A DNA stretch of 64,000 nucleotides from Eledone cirrhosa (lineage: Eukaryota), in NCBI GenBank assembly GCA_964016885.1, contig OZ024743.1:64046001-64110000 (forward strand), written 5' to 3'. Below the pieces are notes generated by a model. The model had not been told where the DNA came from. It saw only the letters and a list, made by a program, of their open reading frames with translations, and did no database searches. Of this stretch, positions 1 to 12,812 are shown piece by piece. A program made the position numbers and the translations under genes. Within the stretch, counting starts at the first letter, position 1; each line of letters opens with the position of its first letter.

Positions 1-141
1 ATAAAATAAAAGTCAGAGACAGGTATATAATTAGTTCCTTTTTTTACGATCATTTCAGAGGGTTGATTGATTGTGGTAAATTGATATATCTACTAGTATA
101 GATTTTGAGATTAGTACAATGCTAGTCGATGTATATGTATC

Positions 142-186
<45 letters not shown>

Positions 187-191
187 CGCCG

Positions 192-270
<79 letters not shown>

Positions 271-607
271 CTGTATATATATATATAGAGAGAGAGATTG
301 GTGAAATATATTTTTTATTTGAAGAAATATATACAAAGGAGATTAATCATTTTAAAAAGTATCTATATTTGAAGTTCTAGTTAAACTTTAATTAGTTACC
401 TACCTAGCTATGTGTGCTTACACACTTTACAAATTATTCCCTGAGATTGTTTCATGTGTTTATTTTATATATATATATGTGTGTCAATCTATTTCTAGTT
501 GATATAAAATGCTCGGATCTGTTCATTGGAATCTTTGAGCTTATTCTGCAGTGAATATGGCGCATGTCTCTCAGACATGACAACCTTAATTTAATTTTAA
601 ATTAATT

Positions 608-1040
608 GTATACCAACAGCAATGTTACATGGTAGTGAAATCTGGACGCTGTCTGTAGAAGACTTGGGCAGATTAGAAAGAAACGAAGCTTGCATGCTCC
701 GATGGATGTGTAATATACGCGAACGGCAAAGCATAAACGAATTGAGAGAGAGACTGAGCATAAGAGGATTCAAATGCTGTGTGCAGGAGAGGAGGTTACG
801 TTGGTATGGACATGTGATGCGTATGAAGGATGACAGCTGCATAAAAAGGTGCAGAGCACTAGAAGTCGGTGGAAGCTGCGGAGTGGGGAGACCCAAGAAG
901 ACCTGGGATGAGGTGATAAAAGCCAATTGCACCTTTCAAGGGCAATGACACACAACCCTGACCTCTGGCGTCACGCAGTAATACAGAAGACCCGACTTCC
1001 CACAGGAACAAGCCGAAGCTGAAGCATATAGAAAATATAA
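608..1040 (+). mobile_element. RTE-clade LINE 3' fragment (RT C-terminus)
   Basis: ORF 622-948 MLHGSEIW..LERNEACMLRWMC..RLRWYGHVMR..GRPKKTW; same family as 29632-32078 and 61652-64000. Confidence 0.85.
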
Positions 1041-1345
1041 ACAAAATATTGGAGTTCGATTGACGCAAAATCAGGCGAGTAGCGAACTCTAGACCTACCA
1101 GATCGAAGAAACAATTGTCAGCAATGTGAATAAAGCCCTTATTGTATAACGAACCATGTCACTCTTTTTTCTTGAATTATTATTACTCCAAGTATAAACT
1201 ACATAGAAATCACCACGAACTCGCAGCATCACTATGGAAACGTCTTGTTGAGTCAAACTAAGCCACACGTTAGTACTATCCACTACACGGAGTACTCTAA
1301 CTGGACTACATCTAAGTGGACTCCCTATAAAGATAACCTGTTATC

Positions 1346-1394
<49 letters not shown>

Positions 1395-1405
1395 TAACAG
1401 ATTAA

Positions 1406-1448
1406 AGTTTAATCGCTGCTTTCACCCTTAACGGGATCTTCTGAAACT
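1406..1448 (-). ncRNA. Variant type I hammerhead ribozyme (U4A core, stem III partly deleted)
   Basis: agttt CAGAAGA t-ccc-gttaa-ggg-t GAAA gcagcga TT aaact; the sibling at 50807-50845 shows the full stem III gca..tgc. Confidence 0.55.
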
Positions 1449-1695
1449 AAAAAAATCTATCTGTGAACGCAGAAGTAAATATTTCGAAAAACGTTGCAAC
1501 TGAAGGAAAACAGGACGACGATACTTTGGTTCGTGAAGACGTTCCCTGGCAATGAACGGAAAAAAGCGAAGATAATACGTCATTATGTGGATCGCTGAGA
1601 GCAATTACACGCAAAGACAGATTTATGGTATAAATGGAGTCATTAGACTAATATTCTATTTAGGAAACCGAACGATTCTCGGCTTCAAAGTTAAG

Positions 1696-1787
1696 AATAA
1701 TTGTTTCTACTTTAGGCACAAAGCCAGCAATACACAGTGCATTACTGGTACTTTATTTTATCGACCCCGTAGGGATTAAAGGCAAAG
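1696..1787 (-). mobile_element. SINE family A 3' fragment
   Basis: Matches the 3' half of 57141-57325; flanked by aagaataat repeats. Confidence 0.75.
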
Positions 1788-2281
1788 AAGAATAATGTAA
1801 ATAAATTAGTAGAACGAAAATGATAGAGGTTATTGAAATCAACAATAATTAAATACAGTATATACATACACAGATCCACGCATGTGTGTATACATATAAT
1901 TATATAAACGATTATAAATAAACACACATAAATACGCAAATAACGCACACACTCACATACCTACAGGTAAATACACATATGTTCACTAAACGTACGTCAA
2001 CCAAAACACAAAGTACACATATACACACCTTACATACGTGCAAGCACGCATACACCCACAAACACAAAATACACATATACACATAACCATATACACATGT
2101 ACCAGTATATATAATATATACACCTATAACATATACAAGCAAATATACGTACGAGAAAGTATACGTACCTTCACAAAACATACGGGTAAGCTATACTTAC
2201 CTATACAAATAAGTAATGGTATAAACATAAAATATACTTAGCTACCACATCAAGACGTAAATTATCCGCGTATTGTTCGTA

Positions 2282-3727
2282 CTATCCGTTAAGGTTATAC
2301 AGGAAAGTTGTATGCAATTTATGTTTACAATCCGAAATTGCCTCAGATTTTTTGTTTAAGATATGGTCATTGGCGTAGAGTATTTCCAGGGCTTCAGCGG
2401 TGCGAAGATCGCATGGTCTTTTATTTCCGTTATACGATCTAGCCTCAACTAGGATCTCCCAGTGTAAGCTATATTGGGTGTGGTTGTCTTTTAGACTCCA
2501 GATATAAGCTGAAAGTGACGTCATATTCCTTCTTAAAGGGTTAAGAAAAGAATGGGCGTGCATGTAAAGACGCTGCTTGAATATATTGGCGGGTAACCCT
2601 ATGTAGGCCCTACGGGACGTGGGTGCTTCGACCTTACATTTGTAGACTATGTTACTGAAGAGGCATTTCCCGGATAGGGGGCAGTCAACCCGATTCCTAC
2701 AATTACAGTTAGTACTAGCTACAGGGTTCCACGTGTTCCTACGCCTAGGTAATTTAGCTAAATTTGAAGTAGTGATGTTATGTGCAAGGTTAAGAGTCGT
2801 AGAGTAAGATTTTTAATGGTATTTCTATTAAAAATGTTATATTTATGTGCTTCTTAATAAGGGAGAGAAAGATCTTAGCTAACGGTGTGGCCACGTCCAT
2901 ATTATATGGTGGGTTATACCTTATAATGCGTCGGGATCTATTTTTCTTTGGTCTATGCTCATACTTAGTATATGCTACCTTATCGACAAATCCACTGCGA
3001 GCAAGAGCTTCATTGTAATATGTGGAATGGTCGGTGAAAATATGCTCGTTTGTAGATAGACGGGAAATCCTCAAAGAAACGTTTCTTACCAAGTTCATGG
3101 TTATGCTGGCAGGATGGTTAGAATGCTTACTTATGTAATTAAGCGAATCATTCGGCTTTCTATACGAGTAGTGCAAGCCATTTGACAAATTGAGGGTAAC
3201 GTCGAGGTAATTAACGACCGAGAGGTTGGCCTCAACCTGTATGGAGAGGTTGAAGCCTTTAAAGAAGGCTGGGAGTTCTTTTCTGAACCTGTCAAAGCGC
3301 GTGGACCGCACTTTGTCATGGTCAAAAGACCGTCATCACGGTACAAACCACCGCCCACATTGGAGAATTCTTTCTTGATAGAGAAGAGAAGGAAAAGACC
3401 GATAAGATCAGTAACCTCCGCCGAATCGCTGGCGCCCACTCACGTCGAATGTGGTACTATTAGATTTTTTTATCCAAATAGAGACGTCTAAATTAATCAC
3501 CGACTTACGGGCATTGAGGATGACATCAACTTCGAAATCCTTAACCACCGTGAGCGTTTTAGCGAAATTGATAGCTCTAAGAAGAACCCCTCTATTCGGC
3601 TTATTAACCCTACGAAGTCCGATTCAGGTAGACTTAGTAAAAGGATTTTAGATAGAATTATCCCTGAAATTAGAAGCTTGGCCCCTGTTGCACTATGGAA
3701 CAATTTTTTTGCGGTGATCGATTGGTT
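2282..3727 (-). pseudogene. Disrupted PLE RT/GIY-YIG ORF
   Basis: Domains are spread over several frames with stops and frameshifts. Confidence 0.85.
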
Positions 3728-3768
3728 CAATCGAGCCCTCTTTGGATTTTAGTGTTCAAATTTATTAT

Positions 3769-3811
<43 letters not shown>

Positions 3812-3814
<3 letters not shown>

Positions 3815-3991
3815 CGTTTCTGAATTTGTTTAGCAAGATTTTTTATCTGAAAACGTGTGTTGAAACTGATATTGTTATATTTTGGGAGGGTCATGTTGCC
3901 AATAAGAAACACATGCACCAGTTGCTTTCACTTCAATTTATTATAATGCGTGTGTTTCTTATTGGCAACGTGACCCTCCCAAAGTATAACA

Positions 3992-3995
<4 letters not shown>
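3812..3995. repeat. Short fold-back element, same family as 48474-49042
   Basis: 3869-3917 is the reverse complement of 3947-3995; (TA)n on both flanks. Confidence 0.85.
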
Positions 3996-4037
<42 letters not shown>

Positions 4038-4321
4038 ATAGATATGTGTGTGTGTGTGTATATATATATTATTATTATTATTATTATTGTTATTATTATT
4101 GTCGTGATTATGTTGTTTTTATTTCGTGCAATGGCCATACTCGATAACGAGGGGGAAATCATCATGTATGTATGTATGTATGAATATATATGTATATATA
4201 TATTTATTTAAAAGCCAGGTGTTTCTATTAAGTTAACCATGGTCTGAGCTAACACTGGCCGTAACCTATTAAAGTTATGAAAGTTACATATATATACTCA
4301 TATACATACATACATATATAT

Positions 4322-4990
<669 letters not shown>

Positions 4991-5002
4991 TAATACCAGG
5001 AT

Positions 5003-5190
5003 GTTTTAGAGAGATAATCCCTCTGTTGACAGCAAAAGATTTCTCCGTACATACAGAAGGACAGCTGTATGATGACTGGGTGCAAAGTGTAATGCTGAAT
5101 GTTAGTGAAACATGGCCAGTGACTGCAGAAGACATGCGTAGACTGGAGATAAATATAGCAACCATAGTTATTGATATGGTATGTATGAGA
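5003..5190 (+). mobile_element. Degenerate RTE LINE fragment
   Basis: LYDDWVQSVMLNVSETWPVTAEDMRRLE. Confidence 0.7.
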
Positions 5191-5310
5191 AATCTTGTAA
5201 GAAATCTTGTAAAATCCCATATGATTCAGGTTGAATGATATATAACATTTGTGGTGTAATCTACCCTCGTAATTTTAGACACGGGTTTACTGTGTTTACT
5301 TCTACACATA

Positions 5311-5378
<68 letters not shown>

Positions 5379-5539
5379 TAGTATATCTACCAACATCTGT
5401 ATACAGATGCATACCTATGCTAGCAAATATATATGTTTTGTCTTAGTAACTTTGTGGTTCTATGCAAGGGGATGCAGAACAATTATATGAAAGACGTAAA
5501 TAAGAAAGTTATGAAAATTGACTTACTTACTAAAATTTC

Positions 5540-5620
5540 ACTCCAACTAATTAGTTTCTGTAAGGGGATAAGTATGGTTACGGAGCGTATCCACAGAGAA
5601 ACCTTACGTCATCAGGGAGT
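5540..5620 (-). ncRNA. Type I hammerhead ribozyme (GUU site)
   Basis: Reverse-complement copy of 5938-6018. Confidence 0.85.
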
Positions 5621-5937
5621 CTATTCTCAGCTAAGCTTCCAGGCAATGCGAGGACACTGGGAACTTATATAAAAATAATTCAGTGTTGAGCAAAACGTGC
5701 CGAAATTACTACTATGATTAATAGTAGTGGCTAGGCCCTGTCTTAATAGCACCCACTCCTCACTGATTAACCTCAGTGTCACGTGATTGATTCTTTTGAA
5801 TTTGCCACTTGACCAAGTAGGCAGTGAATTTTCCAATGTCTTGGAATCTAGTCCCGCTCGCTTTTTTCCATCCACTGAATTATTTTTATATAAGTTCCCA
5901 GTGTCCTCGCATTGCCTGGAAGCTTAGCTGAGAATAG

Positions 5938-6018
5938 ACTCCCTGATGACGTAAGGTTTCTCTGTGGATACGCTCCGTAACCATATTTATCCCCTTACAG
6001 AAACTAATTAGTTGGAGT
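5938..6018 (+). ncRNA. Type I hammerhead ribozyme with extended stem II (GUU site)
   Basis: actcc CTGATGA c-gtaagg...ccttac-a GAAA ctaattag TT ggagt. Confidence 0.85.
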
Positions 6019-6091
6019 GAAATATTAGTAAGTAAGTCAATTTTCATAACTTTCTTATTTACGTCTTTCATATAATTGTTCTGCATCCCCT

Positions 6092-6703
6092 AGCAATGAC
6101 TGTCCCTAGCAAGTCTGGTTCGGTTTCAAGACGATCGAGGATGTCCTGGAACACTTGCATGCGTCGACCCTTCTGGTCATCGTTCAGAAGTTTTGGCACC
6201 ATCTTCGCACAGACTTTCCGCATGTCCAAATCTTCAGTGAGAATCTTCCAGACGCTGTCCCGATTCATACCCAGCTCATTTGCCATCAGTCGAACAGTCA
6301 GTCGACGATCGCTACGCACCATCTGCCTGACGCGCTCAACGTTGACCTCAGTTGTTGAGGGCTTTCTGCTCCTGGGGTCATCTTGCACCACTCAAAAACA
6401 CGTGAGCGTGACATCTTCTCATTTCCATACACTTGCTGCAGCAATCCCAGTGCTTCTGACGGAGTTTTCCCCAACCAGAAACTTCAAGTTTGTTCGTTGC
6501 TCTGTGCTCATTGCTTGACGACCTGAAACAGAGGACATGTATATAAAATTATGAAGAAAAAAGTTTTATCGCTGCAGAGAGCTAAGATTACAGTTACATA
6601 CTCCAGGGGGATTACTTTGAAGGAGAAAACACTTAGTGTAAAGTTTGGGTGATTGAAATAAATCTATTGTGACATCAGTCCTGGAACTTTTCTGACACAC
6701 CTC

Positions 6704-6704
<1 letters not shown>
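6092..6704 (-). mobile_element. Truncated mariner DNA transposon (left TIR + transposase N-terminal half)
   Basis: TA-CGAGGTGTGTCAGAAAAGTTCC terminus at 6704; MSTEQRTNLKFLV..DDPRS..RSDRRLTVR..KVCAKMVPKLL (WVPREL-equivalent motif); ends just before the first catalytic Asp. Confidence 0.9.
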
Positions 6705-6770
<66 letters not shown>

Positions 6771-6784
6771 TATATATATATAAA

Positions 6785-6819
<35 letters not shown>

Positions 6820-6824
<5 letters not shown>

Positions 6825-6960
6825 AGGGTGTGGTAAGATACCAGATAGATCATAATGCACCATAGTACTCGATACTTGGGGTAGTAGAATGGGTAATATG
6901 AAAAGATTCAGGGCCCCGACGGCTGAGCTCCGGCCGTTTCGACAGCTAGATCCAACCTAA
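6820..6960 (-). mobile_element. PLE-type terminus with 3' half of a hammerhead
   Basis: Homologous to 27261-27395; minus strand reads GAAA cggc..gccg TC. Confidence 0.55.
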
Positions 6961-7228
6961 GCCACCAGTATTAGAACAGTGGGAATCTAACTGAACTTAT
7001 CAAGGGGTACAGTCCATATATGGACATGCAGTCAAAGCAAAAAAAAACAAAAAATCTAAGCAAAAATTCTTAAAAGTTTGTTGTTTTTCTTGTCTTTCTC
7101 CGGTAGTGGTCAGAGAGGGGAGTTACCCCAGATCAAATGGCTTGTGTAGTCCTGCTAAATGTCATGTATATAGTTTATTACCTTATTGGCAGCAGGGAGC
7201 TAGATAGTATAAAAATTTAATATAATAG

Positions 7229-7795
7229 TTACACAACGAAAACACAAACAAATATAATATATACAAAGGAAAGGGAAAGGAAAAAAAAGAAAGAGAAAAA
7301 ATACACAAACACATAATACACACATCTTAGACCACATAGAACAAAATGCAGGCGAAAGAGTAGAAAAGAGCCGCTACCAGAGCAAAAGATAGCAATATAG
7401 CGAGGAGCAATGGGAAACCTCTCTAATAATTTTTGAGGCAAGCCAGCACGATCGCAGCATTACCTGGGGTAATGGCGAGGCTGAGGTGCTGGGACAACCA
7501 AGTGCCCTCATGAGCATCACCAGTTACCTCTGTTTGGCGAGCCGCCAGTAAAGATAAGAACCTCGCTGTCAGTAGCTCGACTCCCCCAAATGTCTCGAAC
7601 GCCACAGGCTGGATAATGTAGTTAGCTGACAGATCTCGGTATTTTAGGATTTTGTTCCGTTCAGCTGCGGATGCTGTAGTTCTCGCCTTTACCGCTGCAT
7701 CCAGAATATGGGAATAAGCAAAAGAGTCACTAACTGTGACGTCCCAGGTAAGGCCCCTGCCTCTTGACCAGGAGCACAGAGTAAGACTGTCCCAT
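7229..7795 (-). mobile_element. CRE-clade non-LTR element 3' fragment (restriction-like endonuclease)
   Basis: LTLCSWSRGRGLTWDVTVSD..AERNKILKY..PVAFETFG..QHLSLAITPGNAA. Confidence 0.8.
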
Positions 7796-8039
7796 TAATT
7801 CTGGACAACCCAGATGGGTGAAAAGTTAAGAGGATGTTTGCCCGAGCCAAAGCTCTTAAGTGGTAATAGGACAGTGTGTGTATGTGCGCGCGTGTGAGTT
7901 TATCAGCATTCTTAAATTAGAGACGTATATGTGGGTGTGTCACTGTTTTTAACTTAGAGACATATACATGTGTGTATCCTTTTCCTTCCTTTTACACACG
8001 CATACATTCACACAAACACACACACATTGTGTGACAGAC

Positions 8040-8725
8040 AGGTGAACAGAAGTCCCTCAAATTTATATTTATGTGAATGGACTTCTACTGAAGCAGTTAG
8101 AGAAGTTCAAGTATCTCGGGGCCGTGTTCGCGAGTGATGGAATGCAGGAGGCTGAATTAAGTGCAAGAATTGCAAAAGCTGATGCAGTAATGCGCCAGCC
8201 TCAGCATTCAGCAATCAGAAGAAGGAGGGTAGGTGTAAAAGCCAAACTAGCTGTCTTCCAGGTATTCCTGCCAACTCTTACCGAGGATCATGAATCTTGA
8301 GTAATGACCAAAAGAATACAATTGCAAGTAAAAGCGGCAGACATAGGGTTCCTCCGAAGGGTCTTTGGAGTAATGTTACTCGATAAAGTGCATAGCTCAG
8401 AGACCAGAGAGTCACTCCTGGTAGAGCCACTACTTCTCCAAATTGAGAGATCACAACTCGGATATTATGAACATTTGGTTCATAATATCCGAGTTGTGAT
8501 CTCAGTAAAGAATCGCTGGACACATTTTATAGGCAAAACCAACCGGCATGAGATCCAGAGGTAGACCCTGAGCAAGATAGTTGGATAACATCCATGAGCT
8601 TGGCTGGTCACGCCTTGTGATCCAACTGGATCAATTGGAGATGTTTGCTTCTGACAGACTCGCTGGAAGGAGTGTTTGAGAAGGACTCTGCCCCCATGAC
8701 CCTCTCAGAAATAAGTGGGCAAAGA
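8040..8725 (+). mobile_element. RTE-clade (Expander/Rex3-like) LINE 3' fragment
   Basis: QLEKFKYLGAVFASDG..RIAKA..EPLLLQIERSQL; the same family is inverted at 36405-36890. Confidence 0.8.
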
Positions 8726-9194
8726 AGAAGATATTTTCAATTTACTTTTCAATTTACATATATCTATATGCATATATATTTGCGTATAATACGGAGATTT
8801 TTCTGCTAGTATATATAATACATAAGGGGTATTTGAAATCTTTCTAAATCTTGGTTTATCAGGTTTACACGAACATTTAAATTGATTAAATAAATGCATG
8901 ATCTAAATAATATTGTTGACCTTACATAGAGAGTCTGGTTTTGCAGTTTTTTTCACAAAATCAATGTCCATATCTTTAATGTTGCCTAGCAACCGATATA
9001 GTTCTATATGGTTGTTGATCTCTTGTAGTAACAGGATATTACAAAAACCAGTTTTTCTCACTTAATCAACATTTTCTCCAACAGCTGCCTTCTCCCTCAC
9101 TATATTATATATATACTAGTACATAACCTATTCTTTAAGCTATGGAATAATCCATATATATAAATATATACATATATATGGGCATGGGTAAAGA

Positions 9195-9510
9195 ACCCCT
9201 TCAGTCACAAATGATCATGGGATTTATACCTAGAAAGGTCTCCTCCAAGGCACAAGTCCAACCAAGGTTGTTTGTGGAAGACCAGTAGTTGTCCATGCAC
9301 ACCAGTCTCTCCTCTCCACAACACCAATGTTGTCCAAGAGAAAGACAAAGGCTGATACAGCTTGGCACCAGTGACATCACAACTCATTTCTACATCTGAG
9401 TAAACTAGAGCAACATGAAATAATGTGTCTTGCTCAAGGACACAACTAATCACATGGTCTGATAATTGAACTCACAACCTTACCATTACAAACCTATCAC
9501 TCTAACCACT
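9195..9510 (-). mobile_element. SINE family B (tRNA-like head, tgtccttgagcaagacac core)
   Basis: Homologous to 15150-15302 and 52695-53018. Confidence 0.7.
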
Positions 9511-9849
9511 ATATACATATATATATGATATTTGTATTAATCTCCCGATTTAATGTTAATATTTGTATTAATTTAATGCTAATATTTGTATTAATCTCCC
9601 GAGTCTTACAATTAACCTGTTAATAATTCTATTGACAGATTAATTGCATAAGTTTATTTTAAAAACTACCCGGTCGGGAGCTTATTCGATTTATGCTATT
9701 TATGCAATTTTTTGCATGGATTTACACATACTGAATTCATTTGCCAAAATCTGGGGTTTTTCTCCCGTGAGTTACGCATGTGCTTTTACAAAACACTGTG
9801 TCATCCACAACACTGGCGCAGAACAAAATACCTGTTGATAACGTGATAT

Positions 9850-10218
9850 TCCTCATTCGATCATTATACCAAAAGCTTATTGTTTTAAGCAGACAGTATT
9901 ATTGATTTAGGTGTCACAGAAACCCTGTACTGGATTTTACCATCAATTCCAAGGGTCCAGGTTTGCTATATATATATGTATATATATATATATATATATG
10001 AATATGTCATTTATTTTGTCTGACCTGTTTAGCTTGACTTGTTTTTTGGCTTAGGTGGTTAATGGCTTCTTGACCACCTTCTCAGTTTGTATGGCCTTTA
10101 TAACCTATGTTTATTGCTCTGGTCTTTTTTAGCCCATGGACCGCTTGCCAGCATGACTCGGAATTTGCGTTACGTTTCGCTTTTTCTACCCGCCGAAATG
10201 CGATTCTCGCTGAATTTA

Positions 10219-10220
<2 letters not shown>
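9850..10220. repeat. Unclassified dispersed repeat; diverged second copy at about 17700-18000
   Basis: Shared cagaaaccc..tactggattttacca..ttccaagggtcc and gccgaaatgcga.tctcg segments. Confidence 0.6.
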
Positions 10221-10286
<66 letters not shown>

Positions 10287-10404
10287 TAGATATAGATATA
10301 TATAGTAATAATAATAAATTTGAAGACTAAAATCCAAAGAGGGCTCGATATTTGCTTAAACTTTAATCTGTTATTTTAATATATATTTATATATATATAT
10401 ATAG

Positions 10405-10522
10405 GAACCAGTAAGACCCCGACAGCTGAGCTCAAGCCGTTTCGACGGCTAATTCTGGACGGCTAATTCCAGAATTAGCCGTCGAAACGGCTTGAGCTCA
10501 TCTGTCGGGGTCTTACTGGTTC
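10405..10522. repeat. Palindrome of a PLE-type terminus, centred in hammerhead stem II
   Basis: gaaccagtaagaccccgacag..gaattagccgtcGAAAcggc..ggggtcttactggttc. Confidence 0.85.
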
Positions 10523-11194
10523 ATGACACTATAGTCCTTGCTGGAATATTGCTCTCCTTCATAGGACAAGCCCTGGCTTGGTTCTTTGAAGTATGTCTTC
10601 CTTTGTAATCTTGTTTTTCCAGAGGCACCTTTGTTGGAAAGTATCAAGCTGTTTTTCAGTTGATGAGGATGATGATATATATATGAGTCCCAGGTTCAAT
10701 CGGGTGTAGACATAGTTAGTAAGGTACCCAATACATTAGTAGAGTGTATACATCAAGTTTAATATATTTCTATATTAAATTTGGGGAATAGGCTACATAG
10801 CCGATCCTGGCAAAATAAACAAACATGCCTTTTAAGCTTATTTTACCAGTAGACCCTAAAGGGATGCAACTCTAGTCGGGGTCCTGTAAACTTATATTAC
10901 CACTAAATAATAAATAGTGTTTTAGAACCCAGGTAGTGACTTTCTGCTAAAATTCTTAATTTCGAAATTATTTGACTTTCTGCGAACTGCTAAAATTCTT
11001 AAGCCATGTAACTCAGTAGTTGTGTGTGTATGGAACTCAGTAAAGTGTGTGTGTGTATGTAACTAAAGCATAGTGTGTATGTGCATTATGAATAGATGAA
11101 ACAAGCAGAATTACAATAAGATGATGACTAAATGATTTTAACTTGTTTTTAACAATTGATGGTGGAAAAGATTTCAAATTGTCTTAACAATTGT

Positions 11195-12207
11195 CTTAAC
11201 TTGAACCACAACTGCAATAGTATGGACATATGATGGATATAGAAAAGGATAGTTGTATAAAGAAATGCAGAAAAATCTTAATGGTTTGGACACCTGGAAG
11301 AGGCAGACCCAGGAAGACTTGGGATGAGGTTCTGAAGACCAAACTTAAGAAGCTAAAAATTACAACAGAGATGACAAAGGACCACAATACATGGTGACAT
11401 GCTGCACTAGAGAAAACCTGCCTACTAGCATAAAATGTGATCTGATCCATCCCCATGCTTCCAATTCACTAGTACTCTTTTGTAGCTATCCCCACCATCA
11501 CTATACACCACATTCATGCCCCCTCTGCTATCACTTTTAGTATCTATTCTCACCTTTCCTATACACCATTTCTAAAATCCCAACACACCAGTGAGGTCAC
11601 CCCTTCCTTCCTACTCATCATCCTGTCAAATCCCTTCACAATTCTGACACACCCATAACATCATACTTATCTTCCTTCTCTCCTCCATCCTCCCATATGG
11701 CAGAGAGGGCTCTTCAGTTGAGATAACGACCACCAACCTCTCTAGTGCTGGTGCCATGAAAATGCACCCAGTACACTCTCTAAAGTCGTAGTGCTGGTTC
11801 CATGATAAAATGCATCCAGTACACTCAGTAAAGTAGTAGTGATTGTATCATTATAAAATGCACCAAGTGCCTTTTATAAAGTGGTAGTGTTGGGGCCTTG
11901 ATAAAATGTACCCAGCCAACTCTGTAAACTGGTAGCGCTGGTGCCATAATAAATGCATCCAGTCCAGGACTTTTCAGATGCATTAAGGTTGGGACAAAAA
12001 TACACTCAGTACATTCTGTAAGTGGTTGGCATTAGGAAGGACATCCAGTTGTAGAAACCATGTGAAAACTGGAACATGTCTGATAGAAACATGTTTTTCC
12101 AGCCCATCTGGGAGGACAGTAATTAAGTATTTTATCACCCACCCAAACCATGTCAACATGGAAGAGCTGCCACTAAAACCTGATATCCAATGATGATGAT
12201 AATGATA
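11195..12207 (+). mobile_element. RTE LINE 3' end with tandemly expanded UTR module and (GAT)n tail
   Basis: YGHMMD..GRPRKTWDEV; about 45-bp repeats at 11740-12020; ggcattaggaaggacatccag motif. Confidence 0.7.
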
Positions 12208-12385
12208 ATTGTTTCTACTTTTGGCACAAGGTCACAATTACCCAGTGCATTACTGGTACTTTATTTTATCGACCTCGTAAGGATGAAAGGCAAAGTTAAC
12301 CGCGGCAGGATTTGAACTCCGAATGGCAAGGGCCGTAACTCTATGTGTCAAAGCATGGCGTCTGACCCTCTACCGATACTGCCAC
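12205..12385 (-). mobile_element. SINE family A
   Basis: Reverse complement of the 57141-57325 type. Confidence 0.85.
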
Positions 12386-12812
12386 ATGTTGACACACAGT
12401 ACTTCTACATTATAAAATATCAAATTTCAGCTCAAAACTTGATCACACCAGTGATTTATAAATGCAGAAGGCAACATTACATTTCTTGTACAATGTATCC
12501 ATTATACATCTGTCTAATTGTATATATAATGCATATCCTTCTATCCTTCTATAAAATGTATATAATATCCCTAACAACAAATAATGACGTACACACCTTT
12601 GAAACCAGAGATTGAGGACAACTGGGGCATCATGAAAATCGTGAAAATGTTAGTATAATGTATTGGTTTTTATGACATCATCGACTTTATTTCGCTTATT
12701 TAAATTTAAATTTACTTGTTGTTTATGAATTATTCAAATATTTTTTTGATGATTTACTTCAGGTTGACATAGTTAAAGGTTGTGTTTTGTGACTGTGTAA
12801 TTCTATTTGTCA

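Larger units (their letters stand above)
1389..3772 (-). mobile_element. 5'-truncated Penelope-like retroelement: RT + GIY-YIG endonuclease, 3' UTR with hammerhead, inverted 3' end at 3730-3772
   Basis: RT motifs MGASDSAEVTDLIG..GLYRDDGL (3131-3439) and VNYLDVTLNL..YRKPND..HSNHP (2790-3311); CNCRNRVDCPLSGKCLFSNIVY..AYIG..HSF..LNKKSE..CKH (2282-2710) is a Cys linker plus GIY-YIG; frameshifted. Confidence 0.9.
5467..6091. repeat. Inverted repeat, 219-bp arms (5467-5685 / 5873-6091), each arm with a hammerhead
   Basis: Near-identical opposite-strand ORFs 5433-5672 and 5886-6086; arms differ by about 2 substitutions. Confidence 0.95.

Noticed and set aside
10525-10660. Possible host exon
   Set aside because: The minus strand reads EKQLDTFQQRCL..KITKEDIL, a decayed RTE-like RT fragment with a stop codon
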